DNA of 61,791 nt, filler included, from Choristocarpus tenellus KU-1152 (taxonomy: Eukaryota > Protista > Phaeophyceae): the NCBI GenBank assembly GCA_964200185.2. It is 11 parts of 11 records of this genome, joined end to end, with 100 filler letters (N's around TTAATTAATTAA, not from the genome) between each part and the next. Parts side by side here need not be neighbours in the genome. Positions count along the whole stretch, not along the records: positions 12,437 to 26,338 come from CAXNAD020001328.1; positions 26,439 to 29,789 come from CAXNAD020020620.1; 9 more parts are not named here. One strand, 5' to 3'. Of this stretch, positions 12,799 through 26,439 are shown one piece after another. Made by a program: the position numbers and the translations under genes. The notes under the pieces are model-generated. The model worked only from the letters and a program-made list of their open reading frames with translations, searched no databases and was not told the DNA's origin. Position 1 is the first letter of the stretch. Every line of letters begins with the position of its first letter.

Positions 12799-13362
12799 TT
12801 GTTCCTGTGTGACATTCTGCTGTGGGTACATCTTAAACGTGCTTTCCTGAAAAGACGAGAGGCTGTTCGATTGAGGAAGTCCCTCGCAGCACAAACTCAG
12901 GCGAGGAAGTCTCTGGATGCTGGTATGCTGAGACATCGACTTGGTGATACAAGTCTTTATCGAAATGACAGCGGCCCTACACATCCAGTGATAGGGTCCG
13001 TTGGAAAAGGCAGAGGTGAAGGGAAAGGACCCACTCATGGAAGAAATGATGGGGAAGGAAATGGCAAAGTTACGAATTTTGCTGGGAAGGGGTCTGGTGC
13101 TAAGACAGCGCCTTCGAGGCCTCTTGAATCCAAGCCTGACTTCAGCAGGCCGTCCCGATCTCACTCTGCTACAAAGCAGGCATTTGTTGCCACTGTCCCT
13201 GGTGTTAGGCCTATATCAATACAGTGTGGGTCGCCAAGCGGGTTGCTTGATAGTGTCAAGAGTAGCCAGTCGATTTTGTCTGTGAAATGCATGGCCCCAA
13301 TATCTCAGGAGGAAGCTTTTCGTTCGCCTTTGCCTTGGCCTCTTGGGCGTCGGTGCTGGTAG
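12799..13362 (+). CDS. Possible terminal exon of an unknown gene
   Basis: 187-codon open frame with basic then G/S-rich composition; no recognisable domain. Confidence 0.3.
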   Translation: MFLCDILLWVHLKRAFLKRREAVRLRKSLAAQTQARKSLDAGMLRHRLGDTSLYRNDSGPTHPVIGSVGKGRGEGKGPTHGRNDGEGNGKVTNFAGKGSGAKTAPSRPLESKPDFSRPSRSHSATKQAFVATVPGVRPISIQCGSPSGLLDSVKSSQSILSVKCMAPISQEEAFRSPLPWPLGRRCW

Positions 13363-13419
13363 GCTTTTTGGTAGCATTTCATCTGCCTTACCATCCATAC
13401 CATATGTGGGGATCTAGCT

Positions 13420-14450
13420 CTAAATGTGCTTTCAAGCACTGCAGTGTTTGCTATATAAGATGAATTCTGTCATCCATGTCTTCTATCTACACAGTGGCTC
13501 TGGCTGTAAAACACAAGACCTTCCTGACAAAGAAAACCTGGTTGCCACAATCATTTCGAAACATGGATTATGCACTGTAGTCAGAATCTCCATAAAGCTA
13601 TGGGCAGCAACTAGAGGTATACTGTAGAGTATTTTGCTCTTGCCTGTAATGGCAACTCCACATATGTGTAACATCCAGGAGTGTTTCCTCAATAAGAAAT
13701 CGAAATTCCTTTTCAACCATCCGATCATCTCAGGTTACCTCTCATTCACTATCATAGCTGTGTATGCCAGGGATCTATCGTGAGGTAGATACTCTAGGAC
13801 TGAAGTTCCCCACCAAAACAAGTCGCCACTCATTAGCTGTCATAGCTGTGTCCACACAATCTACTTTATGGTGGATACCCCAGGAATGAAGGGTACCACC
13901 AGGTTCTAGAGCACAATTCAAGAGAACAACACAGCCTCCTATTGGATTGTTGCTGGTCCATTTTGATTTGTGTGGCGGCATTCCACCATCCACATTCATT
14001 TCGGTATTTACCTCTATTTTACCTCTGGTCAAACCCATGCTGTAAATATATGCTGTGAAGTTGACCAAAATACCTCACCAATGTCAGAGGTCAGGTGTTA
14101 GTTTGGTTATCCCAGACCCCAGAATATCCCCATTCCTGCAAGGCCTATGCCTTTTGTTTCTATCACCCCCCCCAAGCCATGTCCAGTAGTAGGTGGGTAT
14201 TGCATCCTAATTCCAAGTTAAGAATAAGTTTAAGCTGTCTTGCTTATCAAGGGATGACCAGCGCTCAGTTGACCCATCCCAATGTCCCCGGTTTAGATCA
14301 CGTACCTCGCGAGAACCTCAGCAAACTCCCACAAGCAAGCAATGGCCTAGCATGCCTGATGCAAATCCATGTTTACCCCAACCCCATATCTGCTTCCTAC
14401 CTAACCTTCGAAAGCGGTGTGTCAACATTGGGGTAGAGCAGTCACAACAA
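13420..14450 (-). mobile_element. Highly decayed LINE fragment (APE endonuclease region)
   Basis: RLVLVGNFSPRV resembles the APE motif L.L.GDFNARV; surrounding frames are broken. Confidence 0.35.
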
Positions 14451-15367
14451 TGCATCCACCATCACCTTGCAATGTCTAGCGTTTCAGCTCAGGTACGAGG
14501 CTCGACAAATCAACAAATCCGTTCAAGGTCTCCGTTCATTCCCTATATAAAAAGATTGCCGTCAATCAAACTGCAGACCTTTTTGAAAGCATGATATGTT
14601 ATGTCCATGTACCGTCCGGTGTAACAACAACAAGAAAAGCCAGTTTTTCCATGCTTTTGTACTCAGACCATGACATGGTCACGTCAGGTTGTTGGCAAGG
14701 ATTGATGACAAATGCACTGTAAAGTGTTGGAGGAAGACTGGGCTGGACCTGTGCATGGTGTACTAAGCGGGATGATGTTTACTTTTTGACACGATTCCAA
14801 TCCTGTTCCTCTGCTCCCCCCCCCCGAACCATACACTTTTGTTATGAGGGATGATTGGAATGCCCAGCAGCAAAGACCTCCATACTGAGAAGACCATCAC
14901 CAACCCCAAAACCACCAGCTGTTTGAACGAAGCGGCGGAGAGACAGATGAAACAAAATCACTTCTGGGGGACAAGTTGATGGATGAAAGAGAAGGATGTC
15001 ATTACACCTGGCTCATTGCCTCAAGAAGTTCAATGTGAGTGGAGCACCAACAGGAGGTACTTATGGCTCTAAGATGATGGTCCAGACAATTTTGGAAGGG
15101 AGAACAATGCCAAGGATGAGACTATAGCCACAGTTCGAGGTAATGGCCTGCATTTGCCAACAGCAGTGCTCAAATCTGCTGATGAAATATCGTTCTTGAT
15201 GCCAATTGCAGGCCAAGGATTAGTGTCCAACTCAATCAGTAGAAGCTAACCAGTTGCATGGAGAGAGAGCGTAAGTAAATTTAATCTGATCTTGTATCTT
15301 ACATTCAAGCCCTAAGGCACTTACATGTCACTACCCTTTTGTAATCTACAACAAAACACCACCCCCT

Positions 15368-18300
15368 TCAGTGCTGTCCCAATGGCCTGCCACCAGTGCC
15401 TTTCACACCAGAGTATGTTAGCCCCAGTTTGTCTCTCCAGTATGCTGAAGTATTTCGACGTAGAAGTGGTGACCCTCCCCGAGGCCCCACAGATGGTTGC
15501 CACATCACCGGATCAGAGTACCTTCTATCATCTAGGTCTACCAATGATTGCAAGTTCCCTCCACACTTTTCTGTGCTATGAGCATCCTGCAATGCAAACC
15601 TCACATCCAGTGTGCCCCCAAGGCCCCCATGGCCAGCTGCAGCAGTTGCTGCCCTGTGCAGAAGGCGCTGTCTCTGGTAGAAAATATCCTCTTCCTTGTT
15701 CTCATCTCCCCCACCCTGGACTCTACTACCCAGTCCAAAGTTGACCTGAGGTGGGGTCCTTGGGCGTGGCAGGTTAGCCTTGGAGAGACCATGGGTGTGA
15801 CTGAAGTAGGTATCATTGCAATGGACGTTAACCTCCTGCATCTCCCTGAATCTGTTGGAAGGATTGACCCTTCGCTGGTTAAGGTCTGTCAACGGGGAAA
15901 CCACCACTGGGGGATCTAAGCCCAAGGATCTCCGGAAACTCTTGGCTTGTCTATGTATATCGTTACTCATTTGTCCGTATGGTGCCATAGCCCCTGTCCA
16001 CGAATCCCAACATGCCCTGTTAGACCTGGAAACAAGGCTGTCCGTAGGTCCCTTTGACCTTTGACTGCCATGATAGAAACCCTCGGCAGCAGCAGCAAGG
16101 CAGGCACCCACCAGCTCAGGGGGGATTCCTTCTGTTCCAGATGAATGTGACCCATGCTCAGTGGTACCGGAGGCAGTGCGGAATATTTTGGGTCTGTCCT
16201 GAGAAAGAGTGGGGGCAGATCTTGGACGTTCAGTTGAACGCTTGCTGTTCGAAGGAGGGGAAAGTTCCCAGGGTAAGTTTTCTGCCCCTGTGGGGATGGC
16301 CCTTCTGTTGGAATCTGCCTGTGACATTGATAGCAGGCGACTATCGCTGAACAGAAGGCCTGGGTCAGACATGCTGTGCCTCTCCCCCACCCTACGTTCA
16401 TTCGAGGTGAGGGATGAAGCTGAGGGCATATCACTGAAGTTGCCCCCCAGGGAGGCCATTGTCTTGAGTGTGGACGAAAATTCACCATGTGAGACATCCC
16501 TACCAATGGATGCACTCACCACAACCTTATCAGCTGATTCTCTCACCGGATTTGGAGTCATCTCCCCTGAGAACCCACCACCACCGCTGACAGTATCACA
16601 GCTCATATGCGTGTTTGACTCATTCTCAGTCCAGCCAGCGGCCCCCCTGGAAGGTTCTGGCGCTGTCCCACCACCCCCCCTCGTACCCCCTGCCAAGCTT
16701 CCCCCTTCTATTTTTTCACTGCTTCCATCACCAACACTCAGGATAGGGGACAGGGGCCGAACAGTTGTCAGCAGTGGTGGCGATGAGGATTCCACTCGGG
16801 AGGTACCTATACCCATAGAGTAGCCCTCCCATTTTGGTCCCGCACAACCTCTACCCCTGGCATTGCGGCCCATATCTAGTATTGGGCTGAGCCCGGGGCT
16901 GCAGAAGGGGGAGGGTAAGGGGCTTGACCTGCTGTTCTCTTTCCTTTCCCCCGCTATTGGGAGCTCCGAAGGCTGACAATTTTGTGGTGTGCTCCTGACT
17001 TCTAAGTTGACTGGTGAGCATGGCGGAGAGTACTGGGTACCTCTGTAAGGGGTACCAAAGTCTTCATATCCCACCACACTGCTTGCTGAGGGATGTTTCG
17101 GGGAGAGAAAGTTGGTGTGTTGGTGCGACATAACTGAAAGGGTTGTGCTTTTCCTAGTCTCACGGCACGTTGAACTAACCCAACTTGTACGAATCCCTTG
17201 TTTCTCCATGCCCTCTCTTTGCCTCAACAACCTGCAATCATTTCTGTCTCTCTCTTCTCAACAAAATACCATGAGCACCAGCAGGTGAGACAAGATGGCG
17301 TTGAATGGCATAGGACGAAACTGCTGACGACTCAACTCACCTCCACAAGGCACCTGATTCGCAGAAGGCAGAATTCTCCCTGTTCGTGATGGGTTTGGGG
17401 AGCTGTACCCTTTCCTTGTTTCTGGGCTTGCCCACAGCACCCTCCGTGACTCATTTGCAGAGCTGTGCACATCAGCTGTGCCTGGCACTGCATTAGGAGA
17501 CCTATTCCTACATGCCACAGGACGGAACACCCCACCGCTCCCTTCCCACTCTTCCCTCTCACTGCTCATTTTGACCGCTGGAACGCTGCCAGAGTGGTTA
17601 CTTTCCCAAGGGGCAATGCTCCATATGGTCTGTGTCTCCGCATTCACAGCTTTCTTGTCATGAGCTTGACAGCCCCTTCCCTCAACCCTGTCTCCTGCAA
17701 CCTCCTTGGCCACTCTTTTACATCTTGAGGTAGGAGTTTTGCCAGCACTCGAAACGCCAACGCAAGGTGATGTACACCCTACCCCTGGACCTTGCATTTC
17801 TGTTTGAACCACTGCCCTAGCAAAAAAATCAGCCATACATGGCTCTGCAGCATCAACATCAGACTCCACAGAAGACTCATAGCTCCCTCTATGATCACAT
17901 AATTCACTTTCCATCATGGCTGGCTCCAGTGCTGATACCGCCTTTGCTACAACCTTGGCTGCTGAGGTCACCATCACAGCTGTTGCCACAGGAGTAGTTG
18001 TGCCCCCAGGACGCCCAGCCTTACTGTGCCCCCCTCTACAGAGTGTACCTCTTTGACCGTCTGCAGGTGTGCCCTTCCCTCCCCCAGTTCCCACCATTCC
18101 ACCCCTTGATCCAACAACCAAGCCTGACCCTGCACCCCCACTAGCCATATACTTGACTGGAGTTTTGAGACCTGCTGTTGCATCTGCATCAGCAAAAAAT
18201 GCCTCTGCTGCTGCCTTCTCCAGAGCCTCTGCCTCCTCCTGGTCTCTTCTTTCCCGCTCCTGGCCCCCAGGGTAGAACAAAGTCATGCATCTGTCACCCT

Positions 18301-20205
18301 TGAAAGGAGATTGTCCCCTACTTGGGCAGGGGCTATCGGTGGTCCAGGGGGACCCTGGACCTGGCCGACCCCCTATCATGCCTGACGCTGCTGCAGTCAC
18401 TACCCCGGAGGCTGCTACCGCTGCCTCAATATTGGACTCAACTCCAAAATCATTGTGATTGTTGATGTGGCTCAGAGTATCGATGCTAAACTCAAATACG
18501 CTGTGCTGTGGGTCTTCAATGCTGCCACCACCCCCACCACCCCCCCCTATCCCTCCTTCTGCTCGCCCCCCAGCTGTGCTTTTGAGTGCATCTTCAAATG
18601 CAGGAAAGTGTTGACGAGGTGTATGGGCTTCAGCAGGGCTGAACGACACAAAAGGATTATTGTCAGATGACAGGACACCTCCTGCTCGGCTTGGCCTGTG
18701 ACTCTGTACCCGCTCCTGGCCTGATACTGAACAACCTTCTTTCAAGTTCACTGAACCAAACGACCCTGCTCTTGCTGCTCTTGCTACAAGGCAGTTTCCC
18801 TGTCTACTGGACTCCTGAGAAGGCAAGCCCAAGGCCTGAGCTGCAGCAATGAGCCTGGCATTATCTTCAGCAACCTGCTTGCTTCTCCTCTCCTGTTCTT
18901 CCAAGCGGGTCCCTAGCATCTGCACCTGTTCTTCTTTCCTTCGATTCAAGCTCCAAACAGTCTTCTCCAGGTGGGCTAGGTCAGTTCTCAGTGCAGAAAT
19001 GATATCCTCAGGTGACTTGCCAGCACAATTTCTGTAGGGCTCCTCCGTATCACTATTTCCTTCGTTTGTATCCCCTCCTCTCGGCACAGGTGCATTCCCG
19101 ACGTCTGCATGGCACCTAGATTGTTCAACTGCTGTTCCGGCTGCTGCTTCATTTGTGAGTGACAGCTGGGCATACTTGTCAACATGCTTTTCTTGCCCCC
19201 CTGAAACTTGCCTTGTTGCATATGGAGCTTGGCCCTGATTGCAGTCTACCGAGGTACGGGCCGTCTTGGGTCTATCTGAAGATCTCTCAGGTGCCGTTAT
19301 CCCCAACTTCGTGTTCTGTACTCCTTCGCGTTCACCAGCAATAGGAAATCCTATGACACTGTTTCCTCTTTCCCCTGAGGAGTCACAGCTGGGACCGTCT
19401 TGCAGTTGTGAGTGCTGTGGGAACTGCTCCCAGTCCGGTTCATCCTCTGCAGGGCGCACTGGTGAGAAAGGGTTAGCGTCGCTGCTTTCCTCCGTCCCTC
19501 TCCGTCCTCTCCGGCAATTATCTTCTTGGTCCTTGATTTTCCCCAAACCTAGATCGTCCAGGTCCTTGATAATGGAGGGTATACTACCAAGATGACTACG
19601 GTGCAAAGGGCTTCCGCTTGCCTCTGCCTCATTCACGTTACTGATTTTTTGGATTAGCTCTTCATCATCGCTGCTGCTGTCATCATCGACCCCTAGTTCA
19701 ATATAGCTACCGCTCTCCTCTTCTTCCTCCTCTCCAATTTCCTCTCCCTCACCGATGACTAAAAGTTTACGCTCGCCTTGTTCAGCAATACCAGAAATGT
19801 CATCTCCACCTACAAAGCAGGGTAAGGGATACGAGGTGAGCAAGGCGGTCAGTTGCATAGGGTAGATGACACTTCACTTCTCCAGGTGAGCTTCAAGAGA
19901 AACTCAAGCGTAAGATATGGCCAGGGTTTGACAGTCCTAGCCAGCAGTGGTCGAACGTTATAACCCAAGTCTCAAACAGACCGTTTAGTTTGACCTCCAG
20001 GTTCATTCAGTGTAGACACTCCTGCAAATAACTGCAGCTCCTTGGCGTACTTCAGCTTACGGGATTTATACTCTTCTATCTCACCTATGCTTGCCTCCAG
20101 CTGTTTTCTCCCAGGCATAGAAATGGCGAGGGTTCCCTCTTCGACATCTTTGGTGCGTTCATCCAAACATCGAAAGTCCTCAAGGATCTCGTCCACTCCG
20201 GACAT
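15368..20205 (-). CDS. Large low-complexity hypothetical protein (~1,550 aa) with short coiled-coil segments; exon 1 20205-~19995, then 19809 onward
   Basis: ATG at 20205; acceptor CTTTGTAG at 19810; 866- and 620-codon ORFs in the same frame separated by one TGA (17258-17260); S/G/P/E-rich; coiled coil LRTDLAHLEKTVWSLNRRKEEQ. The 3' end is uncertain. Confidence 0.75.
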
Positions 20206-20571
20206 GTCAGCCTTGCAATTCGAGGTGCCCGGACCAACCCCCGTTCAGGAACGTAGCTGACTCACTACACCAACCCAGCTCTCGGGAGACAGGTCAACAT
20301 CCGGTCTCGAAGCGAACATTACATTGATATATTTGCACTTCACGCCGTTGAAAATTGTTGTTGGTCTTTCGATATTCAGCATTCAATCGGGGGGATATCG
20401 ATTTCAACAACTTTTACTGAGAAATTCAAAATTTATCTCAACCTATGTCACAACTGGGAGGGTGAGGGTTGAGAATTGTAAGAAGGAAGGAGGGAGGCGG
20501 AGTGTGGGAGGACATTCATTTTACTGTACGCCAGTTCAAAGAGACACAGGGCAGGGGAGAAACAAGGCGTG
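20206..20571. promoter_or_regulatory. Putative bidirectional promoter and 5' UTRs
   Basis: 366 bp between divergent start codons at 20205 (-) and 20572 (+). Confidence 0.5.
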
Positions 20572-21738
20572 ATGGCCAGTGCAACGCCTAAGAGGCCAAA
20601 GGTTTGTTCATTGTTTGAGAAAGAGGCACCACGAACTAGGAAGGCTGCACCCCAGGCAGCTTCCTCGAGAATTAATGCTGCCAACGCAGACAGTGACCTG
20701 TCCACTGGGGTGGAGGCCCTGCTTTCCTTCGATCTTGCACCAACTTATCCATCCGTCCTGAAGGTAAAGGATGCATCTTTGGTGCTGGAGTTTCTTCACA
20801 GCAGGGAACTTAGTGATAGTCGGATGGACGACATTTACGGTATTACTAGGGGTAACATGCAAGTGATGTACGAGGAAGCTGGTTGGGGATGGGTGAAGGA
20901 GGACAAGATGAATGAGCTCAAACACGAAGATGCGCGCTTTTTGATTGCCCGTGGAGCTGATGGTCAACTAGCTGGCTTCTCGAGCTTTCGTTTCATGTGG
21001 GATGGGGATGAGGGGGACGATGTGGAGGATGATGTACTGTATGTGTACGAGCTTCAACTGGATCCTTGGGCAAAACGACGGGGGCTTGGCCGACGTATGA
21101 TGCAGACCCTTGAGGTGAGTGGGAGTAGGAGCCTCTGAGCCCATCTTGACTTTTCGTGTAAGGTGACGTAGTGGAAAGAATCACTTGCTGAAAGTCGAGG
21201 ATTGAAACTCTAGTTGATGTTAATTTTGATCGGTGCGTACTGGAAGGTTTGGATTACTTACTGTGGATCGTGCTCTGTGTTCTCCACAATACCTGGGTTT
21301 GTTTTCTTGAACCTCTACGCTCCCGTAGGTTTACATCCTCTATACTTTTTCCAATAGATAGTAGATTGAAACGTATGAAGTATTTGACATGGTAATGCAG
21401 CTAAGTTACGCAGTGTACGTGCCTTCTGCCATCCTGACCCCTCGATCATTATGCAATCTCGACCACAATAACCATCATCATGGCACGATACGCGAACGGC
21501 TGGCGACAATCTTCAGCTCCTTGCAAATTGTAGAGGGATGTCGAAGTTGATGCTGACTGTTTTAAAGCTCAATAAGACGGCCATGTCCTTCTATCGGCAC
21601 AAGATGGGATACAATGTGGATCCGGACTCCCCTTCTCTATGGGGCCAGGATGATGAACCTTACGAGATTCTCAGCAAAGCCACAAAGCATGGGTTGCGTA
21701 GAGCTGAGGCAAAGAGAACAAGACAAGACAACGTATGA
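20572..21738 (+). CDS. NAA40: N-alpha-acetyltransferase 40 (NatD/Nat4)-like GNAT, 254 aa; exons 20572-21114 and 21517-21738
   Basis: Motifs NMQVMYEEAGWGW...K..EL, ARFLI, GFSSFRF, VLYVYELQL...KRRGLGRRMM, KLMLTVLKLN..A.SFY..KMGY.VD..SP, YEILSK; phase-0 intron GAG|GTGAGT...CTTCAG|CTC. Confidence 0.92.
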
Positions 21739-24336
21739 TATTACCTCTTTCTTTAATATCTTAGGGTGTAGTGAAAGGTGGACAGTGCAATCGGTGACTG
21801 TCATTCCTCGTTTTCAGATTTCCATGCAAGTCCAGTCAGGAACAATACCATGCAGTTAGCTATAGAATGTGAACAGTTGGATCTCAATCCGATCTTGATG
21901 TGAGACATGAAGTCTTTCAGTTACCACATTAAAAAAATTGTTTTCAGCTTGTGGTCTGGGATTCTCTGTTGTGGATCGCACCTGTCCCTTAGCTTAGTGT
22001 TCTACGAAAGTGAAATTTTGTATGCCGTTTTTAATCACTGTAGTTTCTTCTCTGAAACCCCTTTGTTTTTGTTTGCCTGTCCAAAATTGACATCTTCCAA
22101 GACTACAGGTCTTGTAAGACTTTTTGTTTGAGTGAAGAATCTGACCTTGGGGAAAACCACTCCCAATCTTCGAAGCTTCCTTCCCTCCTCCCTCGCTAAA
22201 TGTCCCCCACATGTTGCAAGCGATTTTGTTTTCCTTGCTGGCATTTCATGGAAAATCGGAAGAATTATGAAGGAGATTCTGGAGGATACCTCCTTGGGAG
22301 TATACAGAAAAGTGAGGACAGATGCCAATCCACTTGCCCTCAGAGTCGATTTGGTGCTGCTGCTTTCCGCCTATTATTATTTTTTTCAGAATGATTGTTA
22401 GTATTTCTACTATTGGAGTTGAAGATTCAGAATAGAACCTTTTTCGTTTTTTTTTACCGGTCACACTTGGAGGTTTCGCCGGAAGCAGGTATTCAAGTCA
22501 ACAATGATCGTATGGTCTGCGCCAAGCACTCACCTATTTAGAGATCTGATCTTATTGATCCTGCACACATGACAAGAAAAAATTTTCGGAAGGCACGCTT
22601 ATTGCACCTGTGCAAACAATTGTTCCTTTAGGTTAAATATTATCTAAAAGGGGGATATGTTCATTTTCAGAATTTATCGAAGAGAGTCATCTGCCGCAGA
22701 CGTACAGAAAATGTGCAATACTTCTCACAGGTAATCCTTCTTAAATTGTATTTTTATTTCACAGTGACCCTTTCACATGCATATAGATTTAGGTCAAGTA
22801 CTTCTGTTCACAATTTGCATGCAAATATCGAAGATGCTTCATCTATTATAATGCAGGGAGGGAGGCCTAGACCCCCCACCATCATCATGTGTTTTCAGCC
22901 TGGATCAGTGATACACTGCTTCACGATCTTATATTTGCACTAGATCGTACAGGTTACACTTTGAACCAGAGAATCAGACCATTCCCATGTCTTGGTTAGG
23001 GGCCCACTTGACAATTATACTTGCTTCCTTCCTGACTTGCATCAAGTTGACCTTGGTTCAAATGAATACGTATGTGTATATATGTGTAACAGGGCACAGG
23101 TACATAGTTGAACTAGGAAAGACCTGCCTATATGTGGCAGATGGAAGTTAACAAAAACATAGTACCAAGTATCCAATGTAACATACCGGTTTCCTTAACA
23201 CCTCCATAGCTGGTTTGAGTCACATCAGCAATGGTATGTAAGTGCAAAGTCCACTATTCATTTCTTTCTAGGATGTACGTATTTTTTGAATTGAGATGAG
23301 GTGATGACACAAGAAAATACACGATCAAAGCAATCGACTACACCACTACAAACCTACAGTTGTGGGTACAGTACAGTGGGCTTGCCTGAGTGGCACTATA
23401 ACACACACAAAAAATAGCTTTGCAACAAGCACTCTCAGTTTGGTAACATTTTTCTTCGACCCTAAAATGCATTCAAATCCAACATAACCCCCCTCCCCCC
23501 CCTCCATTAACCCAAAAGAAAATACAAATAATATCATGTAACAAGTCCAAGCCGCTCATTGTGTGCTGCATAATCCACCAAAAAACAAAAAGCACAACAG
23601 AGAGGGGTACAGAATAGAATTTTCCCTGCAATAATTTAGCCCCCATCGTAATCTATGAGAACCAACGATAAAGATTCGTACAGAAATTCACACCACAGTT
23701 GCCAATACAAGCCCTGCTTATGGAGCTCTAAACACAAAACAAGCACACCAAATCTATTGCTTGAGCATGTATGATACCCTCCTCAGATCATCAGTTGGCC
23801 ATTTTTGAGCCACACCACTGCATGACAGAAACCCCCCCCCTGGAAGTCACTTGGGGTGATGCCCACATTCCTCCACAAATGGGTTCGGAACTTCCCTCAC
23901 ACATACCTAGTACAAAACAACAAGATACCCCTTAAACAAATCACAAAAAAAAGACTAATTCATCATCCCCTGACCATAGCAGTCGGCCCTTTCAAGCCTC
24001 AGAAACCCCCAAAACCCATGAAAACTATAGTCTACAATAGGTCAGACGACCCCTTTTGATGCAAGCATCAAGGCAAACCTAGTCCCACACCCTTGATACC
24101 ATAATCTCAGCTGAAAAAAAACTAAACTACACCAAAGACAAAACCATCACAACCACTGCCAGCTACGCACCTATTCTTTGGGTTGCTCCTCTGCCACTAC
24201 GACGGAGACAACCAACATAATGGCATGCAACCCCAAAAACTGAACCACTGAATGGCAGTGTCATCAGGACTCATCTTCACACTTCCTCCTACTCAGTCCC
24301 CAGTCCCCTTACTAAACTATCCTTTAAGCTTTAAGC

Positions 24337-25740
24337 TTATGTCTCTGAGAGTGTATCTGACTGCCCTCCACTATTGATATCTGCGGTCCTTTCCTCTAGT
24401 GAGGTCTTGGGAGAAGGCTCGAGCTCATCTATACTGCAATGATTTTCAATGTTTAGGCCACTGAAGCCCTTGGAAATGCCTCTTCCTCTTGCAAACCCGC
24501 CCATTCCCCTTGGAGTCAACCCCCCATTCCTGCCCGGCTGGAGTTGTCCAAGGATGCACCGGGGCGATTCCGACTTCAGGGCAGGGGTGATACTTCCAGT
24601 GTACATGGAGGTGCAAGTGTCAAACATTGTCCTGGAGGTGGATGAGTTTGCAAACGGCCAAGCAGGGTCAGAGGTAGGGTTAGCTTTTGAAGGATGAGAA
24701 TTGCAAGAAAGAAAGAACATTGACAACTATTTTCGTACCTTCACCTTCACCTTCACCATAACTATAACTATTCACCATGCAAATTGCCTGAATTCTTGAA
24801 CACAAAAATGACACAATATTTGAAGTCTGTTGTCCGCTCTTTATTATTATAGCAGTATTCAAGGCTGCAGGGCTGGTTGAAAGCAAATGCAAAGAACCTT
24901 CTTCAAATCCCAGAAGTGCAGTAACTGCCAATGCTGCTGTACAATAAATACACCATAGAGCTTTGTTTGACCAACAGTTACTCCAGTGGTAACATTAGAG
25001 TCTGGTGTGAGTTTGACTATAGAGTAGGGTGCTGTGAGGTGTCAACCGGGCCTAATAGGGCTTATTCTATTGTGATGATTTAGGTATTACCCGCAACTGC
25101 AGCACCCCATGACACTTCATAATACCCAAGCCACAAGCAGCACAATGCATCCTATTGACTATCTCCTAGGACTAAATTAAACCAACAAAGGCAAATCCAA
25201 CGTCTTGAGCTACACCAATTGCCTATGCCCACCTCCCAGCCAGCCTCATGTAAAACAGTTCATCATCCTATCATCCTACAGAAAACAAAATACTTGCATG
25301 CGTTGTGGTGACATCAACAATGCACAAACAGCAAACCACAATACAAAAATATACAATGCATTCAATTTGGAGATAACAAACTCCAAACGATAACCCCCCC
25401 CCNNNNNNNNNNTTAAGTCGTTTGCCTCTCCTCTCACCAATCCCCCCCCCCCCCCCCCCCTTTGCACAAAGGCACCGTACGAATGCATTTGAATCTTTAT
25501 ATTAGTTCTGTTCATTCGAAGGAAACATTCTACTTTTCTCAGTATGCACTCACTTGCTAAACCGGATACACCTCACACGTTCACTGGAAACATGAGCAGT
25601 GAAGTCTGGCTTGTAGCTACCCTCCTCCTCCTTGAGAGCATCCCCAGCCAGCACTGCCCAAGGTCCAACCACAGACTGTAACCCTGTACAGGACGAAGAA
25701 TTTGTGGGGATAGGACATTCATTAAGAATCTGTCCAAAAC
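24337..25740 (-). CDS. Probable 3' exons of an unidentified gene
   Basis: Open frames 25550-25740 (ending with donor AA|GTGAGT), ~24780-24935 and 24337-24700, with protein-like composition. Confidence 0.4.
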
Positions 25741-26439
25741 AAAGACTTACAGACTGCTGCAGCAGGCAAGAAGGGGCGACTCGACCATTCACGCTATGGG
25801 TATAGGTGGAGGGATACCCAAAAGACTGTGAGAATAACAACAGAACACTCTGCAAGAGTCACAATGTATGCAAGGTGAAAAAAAAGAGAGACAAGTGCTT
25901 CCCAACTGGCATCTGGATGCTATATGTGCACAAGGTAAAGGAAAACGTCACCACCACCGATGCAGAGCAATCACCGCATCTTGTATTCATCCAATCAACC
26001 ATCATCACCAGCTAGCTGTATTTTCCGACTACTTTGCCATTTGAAAAATCCCTCCAATACCTTTATTTATGATGTAGCATATTGTTCTATTGTACAAGCA
26101 CGTGTTAACAGTAGAACCATTGAAATAATAAACAGTAGTAGCTTCTGGAGTAATACCCGACACAGATAAAAACACAGGTTCAACGACTCGTCTCCTAAAA
26201 AAAAAACAGGAAGAATTAGAAAGGTGCAATAATCAAGCAAGTGTTGTGTAGCATGGTGAGATCATAAGGTTGATGGAATTTGAAAAAAAAAAGGTCAATG
26301 TATTCAGGGGAGGATTGAGGGGGGGGGGGGGGGGGGGGNNNNNNNNNNNNNNNNNNNNNNNNNNNNNNNNNNNNNNNNNNNNTTAATTAATTAANNNNNN
26401 NNNNNNNNNNNNNNNNNNNNNNNNNNNNNNNNNNNNNNC

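Noticed and set aside
16209-19595. Plus-strand ORFs (204, 123, 118 aa etc.)
   Set aside because: Antisense shadows of the long minus-strand exons.
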